NCBI GenBank assembly: GCA_020446595.1
Contig: JAGREJ010000004.1
Span: forward strand, 1 to 52,971
Direction of reading: 5' to 3'
Source of the DNA: Novosphingobium sp.
GTDB taxonomy: Bacteria > Pseudomonadota > Alphaproteobacteria > Sphingomonadales > Sphingomonadaceae
Length of the DNA stretch: 52,971 bases
This document shows, in pieces, positions 20,505-29,606 of the stretch (positions within the stretch are counted from its first letter, which is position 1; the number at the start of each line of letters is the position of its first letter). A program made the position numbers and the translations under genes. The notes beneath the pieces were generated by a model. That model saw only the letters and a program-made list of their open reading frames with translations. It searched no databases and had not been told where the DNA came from.

Positions 20505-21166
20505 AGGGCAATCGGGCATCGAAACGACCACAGGCCGCCACGGCTGAACGGATTGTTGCTACCCGGCAGGGTAATAGCGAATTTGGCCGTCTCACCCTTG
20601 CTGGCAAAAACTACGGTGATCGCGTTCGCCCCGCTGTTGGTCATCTCGCCCATGTCTATCAGGCGGAACAGGGCCCACGGCCCCTCGGTTTCGATCCGTG
20701 CCATTTCCTCGACTTTAGTTGTCGTGGCACCTTCGGTCACGGGAGGGAAAAACGAGACATGTGCTTCAGGCAGACTGCCGGAGCCGGACCACACGAGGTT
20801 GCGTCCGCGCGCTCCGGGTTCTTCGAACTTGTAGGTTGTGCCGCCTGCCGAAAACTCGACCTCGCCGATGCCGGGAGATTTCGAAACCAGCGCCACCTTG
20901 ATCGGCACGCCGGTTATCATCAGGTCGCGGACCTGAACGGCCTTGGCAAAATCCTGAGGACTGGCGGGATCGAGCCCGGCGGTCAGCGGATCGTCGCGCA
21001 CCCATCGCCAGACCGGACCGTCGCGGTCTATCAAGCGGTCGAGGCGCTGCGAGACAAAGCTGTCGATCACCCCTCCTGCGCCGAAAACTCGTTGCATGTC
21101 GGCAAGGGAGGCATCCTCGTCCGACGTTCCGTAAAAGGGTACTTGTCCTTGGCGACCTCCTGGCAC
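20501..21166 (-). CDS. tssM: TssM C-terminal part (-1 frame relative to 21067-24009)
   Basis: PFYG..DASLADMQRVFGAGGVIDSF, GPWALFRL, NPF......FRCP..L (IcmF C-terminus). Homology begins at the YPF motif, ~21139. Confidence 0.88.
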   Translation of the reverse strand: MPGGRQGQVPFYGTSDEDASLADMQRVFGAGGVIDSFVSQRLDRLIDRDGPVWRWVRDDPLTAGLDPASPQDFAKAVQVRDLMITGVPIKVALVSKSPGIGEVEFSAGGTTYKFEEPGARGRNLVWSGSGSLPEAHVSFFPPVTEGATTTKVEEMARIETEGPWALFRLIDMGEMTNSGANAITVVFASKGETAKFAITLPGSNNPFSRGGLWSFRCPIAL

Positions 21167-24009
21167 GCCGGCATCACGGATTGGGCATAGGCGTCCGTGA
21201 TCGCGCCTGTCGCGGCGCTCACACGGGCACTGCTGCCGCGCTGCGTCGCCTGTTTGACGAATTCCTGAAGTTGCGGGGGCGCGCCCGCCGCTGCCGCCTG
21301 CACCTCGGCCATGGCCGAAGCGGCGCTGGCCTGAGTCATGTCGACGCCGCCACCGCCGCCGATCGACCTGGCTGCAATGATCGCCTTGCCGGCCTGCTTG
21401 AGCGCGGCGACGAAATCATCGATTTCCGCCTTGCGCTTCCCGTTCCCGACATAGTCGTGGAGCGGGGCGAAATAGTTGGTGATTTCGCTGGCCGCGTCGA
21501 GACCGGCAGCGCGATTGTCGCTGAATTCGCGGGCATAACGACCCACTCCAGTACGACTGAGCTGTCTGCTGACCACCCGCGCTCCGACATCCTGGACGCC
21601 GCCCGTGAAAATCGTGTTCTTGCGCAGTTCGGAAAGCACCTTCTTGAGCGGCGACGGACTTTTGGTAATTGCGCCGAACGCCACGGCATCACTGAAATAG
21701 TTGCCGGGCTGAAGTGCCTTGACCGCGTTTTCCCAGGCCGCGATGTAGTCGCTGGCATAGAGATTGGCGATGCCGGGGCGCAGGTCGCCCATTTCAGACA
21801 GGATGCCCTCGTTCTTCGCGTCGTCACCGAACATCCACAAGTCGTTGGTCAGATCAGTACTGACAGTTGCAAGCCCGACCAGATAGCTCTTGTCATAGCC
21901 ATCTCGCGTGAAAAATTGCGGGATCTGGATCGCCAGCACCTTGTCGGGCGAAGCGAAGGCCATGGCATCGCCTTTCGAAAGCACGTTGGCCATGCGCCAG
22001 GGCGCCTTGCCGGCATTGGCCCGCTGCCGCATGAGCGCATAGCCTCGCTCGGCTGCTGACAAGGTGAGGATACTGGCCCTCGAAGCCGCGACGAGCTGTC
22101 CATCCAGAGGCGCCTTGCGCTCGGCCCAGACGGTCGTGATGTTCTTGTCCTTCAGCAAGGCCTGCAGATGCGCGGTGAGTTGCTGACGTTCGCGCGAGCG
22201 ATCGGAACCTGGGTAGACTTCGGTTGCCCAGTCGCGCGTAACCCATGCAACGACCTCGTCCTCGTCCATCTTCTTGCCGTAACCGCCCAGCATCAGATAG
22301 CTCTTGAGCGGTTCGTAGAGCGCAAGCGCGTCCTGACGATTTGCGCGCATGTAATCTTCGAGGCGCATCATCAGGCGCGGCAACATGACGCGGCGCAAGG
22401 CATCGCGGTAGGTTTCGGCGGCCTGATCGGCGAGGCCTTCCTGATAGAGTCCGAAGCGCATCGTCAGTGGCGGGCCGCCCTGAAGCTGACGCGCGTAGCC
22501 GTGCGGAAGATTGCGCAAGGCATTGAGCAGCGGCAGCGCGTCGGCAAGATCGGCATCGCTGGCCCGCACCTGCTGCATGTCGATGCCGCGTTCGCCCTTG
22601 ATCCGTTCGGCCGCCGCGGCCTGTGCCACCAGGTCGTTCTGGAACGAACGGTTCTTCGCGAAACTTATGCCCCAGGCTATCAGCAGCAGCAGGCTGACCG
22701 CTCCGATCGTGCCGAAGATCGAGGCCAGCATGACACGCTGGCGCGCCTGTGCTCTGATATCGGTCGTGACGAGGCCAGCCTCGGGAATCATCACCTCACG
22801 CACCAGCCGGTTCAGGAAATAGGCGCGGCCCTGCCCCGGATTGACCTGCGTATTATCGACATCATAGACTTCAGCCATGCTCGACATGATCCGGTCGAGC
22901 GGCGTGCCTTCCTGGACGCCGCTCGTGAAGTAGAAGCCCCTGAGCTGGCCCGTCTGGCTTTCGGGCGCATCGAGAAACGCCCCTTCGGCAAAGCGCATCA
23001 CCCGGGCGCGGATCGATTTCAACTGCGACGGGAAACCAAGGATCAGGCTGCGACGTGACTGGTCGGGTTCCTCCAGCAAACGCTTCGCCTGCCGGTCGGC
23101 GGCAGCCTGCGCCATCTCGTCAAAAGCGCGGGCGATCTGTTCGGCGGTATAGCGACCTGCCGAATGTTCGAATGTCGATCCGAGAACCGCGCGGCGACCC
23201 TCGACATCAAGGTCGGCATAGTATTCGGTAAGGCCGGCCAGCAGATCCGCCTTGGTTATCATCAGATAGACCGGCGGCGCGACCTCAAGCGTGCGCCGCA
23301 GTTCCGCAAGCCTGCGCCGCACGGCGGCGGCATGCCTGTCGATGGCAGCGCAGTCCGAGCCGACCAGCTCGTCCACCCCGATTGCCACGATCACGCCGTT
23401 GACCGGCTGGAGCGGGCGGTGCTTGCGCAACAGGGCAAGGAACTTCTGCCATCCCCTGCTGTCGACATCCTCGTCGGAATCCTGCGAGGTGTAGCGGCCC
23501 GCCGTATCGACCAGGACTGCCTCGTCAGCGAACCAGAAATCAAGGTTCCGGGTGCCCCCGACGCCCCTTGCAGTTTGCTCTGCGAAGGGAAAGCGCAGCC
23601 CGGAATTCAGGAGTGCCGTGGTCTTGCCTGCCCCCGGCGGACCGATAATCATGTACCACGGCCGCGTATAGAGATAGTTCCGGCGCTGCCCGGTCGCTTC
23701 GCGCAGCGAAGCCAGCGCCTTTGTCATCCGCTCGCCCAGCGCGCGCTCTTCCTCGTCGGCCGCGGTTGGCGGGTTGAGTTCCTCTTCGAGCGCGCGAGCC
23801 GCCTTGCGCGCTTTCCAGACGCGCAGGAACACGAAGATCAGCCAGATGAAGATCACCGCGCCGGACAGGCTGAGGCGTATCCACATCGGCTTCATCGATG
23901 CGAACAGCAGTGGCAGGCCAACCGACAGAATCAGGCACGCAATCACTACCAGCGTGATCGTTACAACCCACCAGTTCCTGAAGACGCGGTAGAAGAAGCG
24001 CCTGATCAT
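21067..24009 (-). CDS. tssM: TssM/IcmF N-terminal ~959 aa, interrupted by a frameshift
   Basis: PWYMIIGPPGAGKTT, DTAGRY, RPLQPVNGVI, LRGFYFTSG.QEGTP. Homology is lost after KDKYPF. Confidence 0.93.
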   Translation of the reverse strand: MIRRFFYRVFRNWWVVTITLVVIACLILSVGLPLLFASMKPMWIRLSLSGAVIFIWLIFVFLRVWKARKAARALEEELNPPTAADEEERALGERMTKALASLREATGQRRNYLYTRPWYMIIGPPGAGKTTALLNSGLRFPFAEQTARGVGGTRNLDFWFADEAVLVDTAGRYTSQDSDEDVDSRGWQKFLALLRKHRPLQPVNGVIVAIGVDELVGSDCAAIDRHAAAVRRRLAELRRTLEVAPPVYLMITKADLLAGLTEYYADLDVEGRRAVLGSTFEHSAGRYTAEQIARAFDEMAQAAADRQAKRLLEEPDQSRRSLILGFPSQLKSIRARVMRFAEGAFLDAPESQTGQLRGFYFTSGVQEGTPLDRIMSSMAEVYDVDNTQVNPGQGRAYFLNRLVREVMIPEAGLVTTDIRAQARQRVMLASIFGTIGAVSLLLLIAWGISFAKNRSFQNDLVAQAAAAERIKGERGIDMQQVRASDADLADALPLLNALRNLPHGYARQLQGGPPLTMRFGLYQEGLADQAAETYRDALRRVMLPRLMMRLEDYMRANRQDALALYEPLKSYLMLGGYGKKMDEDEVVAWVTRDWATEVYPGSDRSRERQQLTAHLQALLKDKNITTVWAERKAPLDGQLVAASRASILTLSAAERGYALMRQRANAGKAPWRMANVLSKGDAMAFASPDKVLAIQIPQFFTRDGYDKSYLVGLATVSTDLTNDLWMFGDDAKNEGILSEMGDLRPGIANLYASDYIAAWENAVKALQPGNYFSDAVAFGAITKSPSPLKKVLSELRKNTIFTGGVQDVGARVVSRQLSRTGVGRYAREFSDNRAAGLDAASEITNYFAPLHDYVGNGKRKAEIDDFVAALKQAGKAIIAARSIGGGGGVDMTQASAASAMAEVQAAAAGAPPQLQEFVKQATQRGSSARVSAATGAITDAYAQSVMPACQEVAKDKYPFTERRTRMPPLPTCNEFSAQEG

Positions 24010-25658
24010 TCCACCCCCCTGTTGGAGCGGCGCGGAACCACGACCTCGACCCGGCGATTGAGCGACTTGCCGTCTTCGGAATCGTTGCTCGCGACCGGGC
24101 GCGTTTCGCCATAGCCCTTCGCCTCGATGCGATCCGCGTCCGTGATCTCGTCACGCAGGATGGCAACGACGGTTTCGGCGCGCGCCTCCGACAAGGCCAT
24201 GTTATCCGGGAAGGCGAGATTTCCGGATATCTTGTCGCTGTCGGAATGGCCCTCGACCGTGACGAAGCCGCTCTTGTCGGCCTCGATGGCCTTGCCGATC
24301 CTGCGGAACAGCGCCTCGCGACCCGGTTCGAGCTGATCGGAACCGGACTGGAACAGCTGGCCGACCGTCGTGCGCACACGCACCGTCTGTGCGTCTTCCT
24401 CGACCTTCACGAGACCCTGCTCGATCTCCGGTGCGAGGAACTTGCGCAGTCCCTCGGCCTGAACGCTGGCGCCTTCATCGGGCAGTTCGGCAACCTCGCG
24501 CGACATCGAAAGCGGATCAGCGCCATTGATCCCCGCGAGCCGGTCCCAGGGCGATTCTCCTGCGAACAGGAGGATCAGGCGAAGGATGATATAGATGAGA
24601 AGCAACAGCCCTGCCGCGCCCGCGATTGCCAGCAACACATAGTTCCAGAAATTGATACGCGAAGCAGGCGCCTTTTCGCCCCGCCAGCGCGGCGACAGCT
24701 CCACCATCGACAGCGAGCGCACATGTTCCAGCGCGCCGTTCAGCCTCGTCATGATCTCCTGCAGCCGCTGGCGGCCGTCGGGCATTTGCCGGAACCTGCC
24801 TTCGAAGCCGGCGGCAATGCAGGCGTGGAACAGCTCGATCAGATCGTAATTCTCGCGCGGGCTGCGCAACAGGTCATCGACAAGCTGCCAGAACCGGTCA
24901 CCACCGATGTTCTCGCGGAAAAACTGCACGACCATCGAGCGCCTTGCCCATTCGCCGCCATCGGTTCCCGAATAGGCAAGGTTCTGCGCAATATCGTCGA
25001 TCGTGGCGCATACGGCATATTTGGCGCGCTGCTTCTGCTCCTCGGTATATTTGGGCGACGCGAGGATGGCGCGCTCGAACCTGGCGATCGCGCCCGTTAC
25101 TTCGCGATGGAAGTGCTGCATGGGCGCGCGCGCCCTGCCCGCGCGGATAGAAGCAGCCAGCGACAGCGCGGGCAAAGCCTCGTCGAGAACAAAATTGCGG
25201 ACCGCGCGCGGTTCTGACGGCAAGGGCACATCGTCATCGCCAAGCCGCGAAGGCGCGATGTTCGGCGCCCCGCGCTGCACCGGCTCGGCAGGCTGGCCGG
25301 GCGAGTTCCAGGGATTGCTCTGCGGCGCGGGCTGCTGACCGAAACTTCCCGGATCGGGCTTGCTGTCGAAACCGGCGCGTTGCGACGCGTTACCCCAGCG
25401 ATTGTCGGCCGGCAACGGCCCGGGTGCGCCCCAGCCTCCGCTTGCCGGAGGCGGAGGGGGAGGAGCCCCCCAGGTGTTCTGCTGCGGTCCGGCAGGGGGA
25501 GCGGAAGGCGGAGGCGGAGGGGTTCCCCAGCCACTTGCGGGCGGAGCAGGCTGAGACGGCGCTCCGGACTGCCCGCCACGCAAACCTTGCAGGGGCGACG
25601 GACGGAACACGGTCTTGTTCCGGTCAGGTGGTCCGTTATCGTCCTTGCCGTTGCTCAT
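24006..25658 (-). CDS. tssL: TssL/DotU long form with C-terminal OmpA/MotB peptidoglycan-binding domain and Pro/Trp-rich N-terminus
   Basis: YAVCATIDD, GGDRFW, GFEGRF, TM helix, EGHSD...NMALSEARA...NRRVEV. Confidence 0.93.
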   Translation of the reverse strand: MSNGKDDNGPPDRNKTVFRPSPLQGLRGGQSGAPSQPAPPASGWGTPPPPPSAPPAGPQQNTWGAPPPPPPASGGWGAPGPLPADNRWGNASQRAGFDSKPDPGSFGQQPAPQSNPWNSPGQPAEPVQRGAPNIAPSRLGDDDVPLPSEPRAVRNFVLDEALPALSLAASIRAGRARAPMQHFHREVTGAIARFERAILASPKYTEEQKQRAKYAVCATIDDIAQNLAYSGTDGGEWARRSMVVQFFRENIGGDRFWQLVDDLLRSPRENYDLIELFHACIAAGFEGRFRQMPDGRQRLQEIMTRLNGALEHVRSLSMVELSPRWRGEKAPASRINFWNYVLLAIAGAAGLLLLIYIILRLILLFAGESPWDRLAGINGADPLSMSREVAELPDEGASVQAEGLRKFLAPEIEQGLVKVEEDAQTVRVRTTVGQLFQSGSDQLEPGREALFRRIGKAIEADKSGFVTVEGHSDSDKISGNLAFPDNMALSEARAETVVAILRDEITDADRIEAKGYGETRPVASNDSEDGKSLNRRVEVVVPRRSNRGVE

Positions 25659-25702
25659 CAGTCCTCACGATATGGTGTGTGTGGGTCGGTAAAGCGGCTG
25701 GC

Positions 25703-27049
25703 CTAACCGCTTTTGTCGCTCTTGACGCACCATAGTTCAAGCCTCAGCTCATGCCATTCGCCCGCAACATGCATGCAAAGGGCTGGCGAATTCTGGAATT
25801 CGTCCCACTCGGGAACGCCGCGATCCAGTTCGAAATAGACGTATCCGGGCAGGACCCGGATCTGCGGCGGCGGGGTCGGCGCGTGGCGGATCGGCACGCC
25901 CACAAGCGAGGAATCCACAACCGACTGGATCTTCTGCAACGTCGCGATCTTGACCACCGATGGAAAGGCCGAGCGGATCTCCTCGACATTCGCCTGAGCG
26001 GAAACCGCCAGGAAGAAGTATCCGGTACGAAACTGGCTGTGATCGGTGATCGTGGCAGCATAGGCGCCCGGCCCGACCTGCTTGAGCGGAAGCTGCACCG
26101 CCGACCGGTCGAACACCGCAGACAGCATCGATTGCAGCAGGCTGAAGACAACCGAAAAGCACGTTTCCGGATTTTCGTGATCGTAGCGCGGCAAGGTCGG
26201 CGGCTTGCGATCCGAGCGGACCAGTGTCGCCAGCTCTCCAGCGAAGGATCCCAGCGACTGGTAGAGCCGTTCGGGATGGATCATCGGCATCGATTCAAGA
26301 TGCTGGAGGTGCGGGATCCAGCGGTTCAGCGCCTGCAGCAGGAGAAAGCTCGAAAAGGTTTCCGCCCCGCCCTCGGTCGCCTCTACGGCGCGCAGGGCAA
26401 GTTCTTCCGCGCGCTGCTCGGCTCGGCCGATGATGTCGACCAGCCCTCCCTGCAGAGCTTGTGTCGATGCGATGTCGAGCGTAGGCGGGATGTAGCGGCC
26501 ATCGAAACGCAGCGCCTTGTTGTCGACTTCACGAATTCGCGCCAGCCCGAGCGTGATCCGCCCGTAAAGCTGCTCCCGCGTGACGCCGAAACGCAGGTTT
26601 GGCCGCCCGATTTCAAGCACTTCCGAAACCCGCTCGTCCGCGAAACTGTCGAGCATTTCGCTTTCCTCGACCACGAACCGCGCATCGATCGCCCGCGAGG
26701 TCTGCGCCTCGGCAAATTCGAGCGCGCCGTCCTGCTGCGCCGGCAAGGTGAGGCTGACAATGGCGTCGCGCGTGTCGTCCGGCACGTCGATCGGGTCGGG
26801 CGGCGGCATTCTTCCGGGGATCGAGAATGGCGTGCCGTCGGGCATCACACCCGAACACCGCGAAATTCCGAATTTGCCGATGGATGCGAGGTCTTCGTCG
26901 ACGACAATCTCGGTCAGCCCCCAGTTCCAGGGCTGAGCCACGTTCATCCGCATGTTCAACTGCGCCATGAAATGCCGGTCTTGCGCCTGAAAATGCTGAG
27001 GGCGCAGGAACATGCCTTCCCGCCAGGCTACTCGGTTGCTTTCCGACAA
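25703..27049 (-). CDS. tssK: T6SS TssK
   Basis: VAWREGMFLRPQHFQAQDR, HPERLY, YDH, YFELD, LELW. Confidence 0.95.
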   Translation of the reverse strand: MSESNRVAWREGMFLRPQHFQAQDRHFMAQLNMRMNVAQPWNWGLTEIVVDEDLASIGKFGISRCSGVMPDGTPFSIPGRMPPPDPIDVPDDTRDAIVSLTLPAQQDGALEFAEAQTSRAIDARFVVEESEMLDSFADERVSEVLEIGRPNLRFGVTREQLYGRITLGLARIREVDNKALRFDGRYIPPTLDIASTQALQGGLVDIIGRAEQRAEELALRAVEATEGGAETFSSFLLLQALNRWIPHLQHLESMPMIHPERLYQSLGSFAGELATLVRSDRKPPTLPRYDHENPETCFSVVFSLLQSMLSAVFDRSAVQLPLKQVGPGAYAATITDHSQFRTGYFFLAVSAQANVEEIRSAFPSVVKIATLQKIQSVVDSSLVGVPIRHAPTPPPQIRVLPGYVYFELDRGVPEWDEFQNSPALCMHVAGEWHELRLELWCVKSDKSG

Positions 27050-27174
27050 GAGTCTGCCCCCTCAAGAATCGCGTCAGAGCATACCGATATTGTGCCGATA
27101 CGAAAGGCCCGAATTGTGCCGGTTCCGTTCCTAACCATTTAGTATTGGCGAAGACTCGTGATAGTCACACGAGT

Positions 27175-28716
27175 ATGAACCAGCCGACGGATAACGACGC
27201 CAGCTTCGATCCGCGCAGCTGGTTGCGCCAGGACGGCGACGCGGCAGGCGGTTCAACCAGAATCGGAGAGCCGGGCAGTAGCCCGGATCGCGCGGATGCC
27301 AAAAGTTCGTCTGTCGCCGAACGAGACACGACCTCTTTCGATCCAAGGGCATGGAACGTCGCGGTAAGAGAGAAGGCCCGCCAATCAACGCAACCGATCG
27401 GTGGCGAGCAGCAAGCAAGCGGGTATCAGTCGAACGCCAGGCGAGCGCCGCGAGGCTATTTGATTGCCGGTCTTGCCAGCCTCACCGCAATGGTCGCCGG
27501 CATCGGTATTTATCTCTGGCAGGGATCCGGTACGAGCGCAGACACTGCGGCTCCAACTCCATCCGCCAAGCCAGTCGCTACCGCCCACGCCGTAAAGCCG
27601 GACCTCGATCTGGAACCGGGCGTGAGCAGACGCAGCCTCAAGCTGACTTCTTCCGCCCAGATCGCGCAGACGCTGAGCCAGGCAGGTGTCGAGGAGTCGC
27701 TTGCCTCTCAGGTCGCCGCGAAAATCGCGGCAGGAATTGCGCCAGGCGAAGAAATGGACCTCGAATTCGGCCTGAAGGTGGCAGGAAGCGACAAGCCGGC
27801 AGAGCTTGTTTTCGCTCAGGGCACCGTGGCAGATGGATCGGGCATGCGCATCTTGACCGGGAAAAGCGGACTTGCGATTGCCGCCATCAAACCCTCGCTG
27901 AAACGCAGGGTGACGTCAGTGCGCGGTGAACTGGATACCGAGAGTTTCTATACCTCGGCGGTTTCGGCAGGCGTGGTCGACAGCCTTATCAGCGATTTCG
28001 TCAACGCCTTTTCCTTCGATTTCAACCTCGCGCACGAGGTCAAACCGGGCGACGTGTTCGAAGTCGCCTATGCCGAACAGGTCAATTCGCGCGGCGAGCG
28101 GGTGGGCAAGCCCGAATTGCTCTATGTGTCTCTCACGACCGCCGAAAAGTCGAAGGATCTCTATCGCTTCAAGCCGGCCGGGGCCAAGGAATACGGCTGG
28201 TACGATGCCAACGGCACCAGCACCGTGCGGGCCTTCATGCGTACTCCAATCGACGGAGCGCGCATTACCTCGAATTTCGGCATGCGCTTTCACCCGGTGC
28301 TGAAATACAACCGGCTGCATGGCGGAACCGACTTTGCCGCGCCGGTCGGAACGCCGATCTACGCCGCTGCCGACGCCACCGTGATGTCCGCTTCGCCGAG
28401 TCGGTGCGCGGGCAACATGGCCATTCTGACCCACGACAACGGATACCAGACCCGCTATTTCCACCTCAGCAGATATGCGACGGGCCTTCATCCCGGCCAG
28501 AAGGTCCATCAGGGTGAGACTATCGGTTATGTCGGCAATACCGGCACCTGCACGACAGGCCCTCACCTGCATTACGAAGTGCATATCTCCGGCAAGAAGA
28601 TCGATCCGCTCAGCGTCGATACGGGAGAAGCGAAGACCCTTTCGCCAGCACTGGTCAAGAGCTTCTATGGCGTGCGCGACAGCATTGACGAAGCCCGGGC
28701 GAGCGCAGATCAGTGA
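27175..28716 (+). CDS. Membrane-anchored M23 metallo-endopeptidase (peptidoglycan hydrolase)
   Basis: HGGTDFAAP.GTP, YFHLS, TGPHLHYE; one TM helix after a disordered N-terminus. Confidence 0.9.
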   Translation: MNQPTDNDASFDPRSWLRQDGDAAGGSTRIGEPGSSPDRADAKSSSVAERDTTSFDPRAWNVAVREKARQSTQPIGGEQQASGYQSNARRAPRGYLIAGLASLTAMVAGIGIYLWQGSGTSADTAAPTPSAKPVATAHAVKPDLDLEPGVSRRSLKLTSSAQIAQTLSQAGVEESLASQVAAKIAAGIAPGEEMDLEFGLKVAGSDKPAELVFAQGTVADGSGMRILTGKSGLAIAAIKPSLKRRVTSVRGELDTESFYTSAVSAGVVDSLISDFVNAFSFDFNLAHEVKPGDVFEVAYAEQVNSRGERVGKPELLYVSLTTAEKSKDLYRFKPAGAKEYGWYDANGTSTVRAFMRTPIDGARITSNFGMRFHPVLKYNRLHGGTDFAAPVGTPIYAAADATVMSASPSRCAGNMAILTHDNGYQTRYFHLSRYATGLHPGQKVHQGETIGYVGNTGTCTTGPHLHYEVHISGKKIDPLSVDTGEAKTLSPALVKSFYGVRDSIDEARASADQ

Positions 28717-28723
28717 CCGTGGA

Positions 28724-29587
28724 TCAGTCCCCCAGTTCGCGCAAGGGCTTTGCGGTTCGCTGTTTATAAGTGAACATCACCGCCAGAAGCAAACCGAAGG
28801 CTACCGTCATTGCCAGCGACTGGTTGAGCCCCTGCTCGCCCCCTCCGAACAGTGCGGAGCCTTTGAGATCGAGGTCGACCAGGCTGCCGAACATCGGCGA
28901 TCCGGGATTGGGCAGCAAACCCAGCAGCGATTCCTCGGTCGCGTTCCAGGTGAAATGGAATGCCGTCGGAGCGACAATCGCATTCGAGCGATAGGCCAGA
29001 ACACCGAAGACGAGGCCTCCGAGGAACAGGTTGAGAAGCGACACCGGTCCACTCGCCCCGGCGGGAAAATGCAGCAGGGCGAATATCAACGCCGTCACTG
29101 TCACTCCCGCCATTGCCCCCCATGCCGTGACCAGGACCGGCTGCATCCAGCCGCGAAATGCGACTTCCTCGGCCAGGCTCTGCAACAGAGTCAGCGCGAG
29201 CCCTATGCCGATAAGGTAGATGACTTGCGATCCATCTCCCAGCGCGATCGTATTGCCAAGAAAACTGACTGCCACCGCCACGATCACCGCGGCAATCGCC
29301 ATCACCATGCCGAGTGCAAGTGCCACCATTGGCCGATCGCCTGCCTGAAACGGACGCACTCCCGTCAATCTTCCCCCTGCCCATCCGCCGAGCAGCAGCA
29401 GGCCGAACATCATGGCCACGGATACCACGGTCAAGCCTTCGGGGTTTGTGGCGAAGGTGCTGGTCTTGGCGAGAGCGGAACTTACCACATCGGTCGCGAA
29501 GAATAGCAGCAGCACGAGCGTCGGTACGGCCAGAACAGTTGCCCAAACGGCAGAGCGCGATGGCGGCGCGGGCGATTTCGTGTTCAT
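28724..29587 (-). CDS. CPBP/CAAX (Abi) intramembrane metalloprotease
   Basis: EEVAFRG, FALLH, HFTWN motifs; multiple TM helices. Start is 29587 (ATG) or 29620 (TTG). Confidence 0.88.
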   Translation of the reverse strand: MNTKSPAPPSRSAVWATVLAVPTLVLLLFFATDVVSSALAKTSTFATNPEGLTVVSVAMMFGLLLLGGWAGGRLTGVRPFQAGDRPMVALALGMVMAIAAVIVAVAVSFLGNTIALGDGSQVIYLIGIGLALTLLQSLAEEVAFRGWMQPVLVTAWGAMAGVTVTALIFALLHFPAGASGPVSLLNLFLGGLVFGVLAYRSNAIVAPTAFHFTWNATEESLLGLLPNPGSPMFGSLVDLDLKGSALFGGGEQGLNQSLAMTVAFGLLLAVMFTYKQRTAKPLRELGD

Positions 29588-29606
29588 GCGACGATCCGGC
29601 CAGCTT

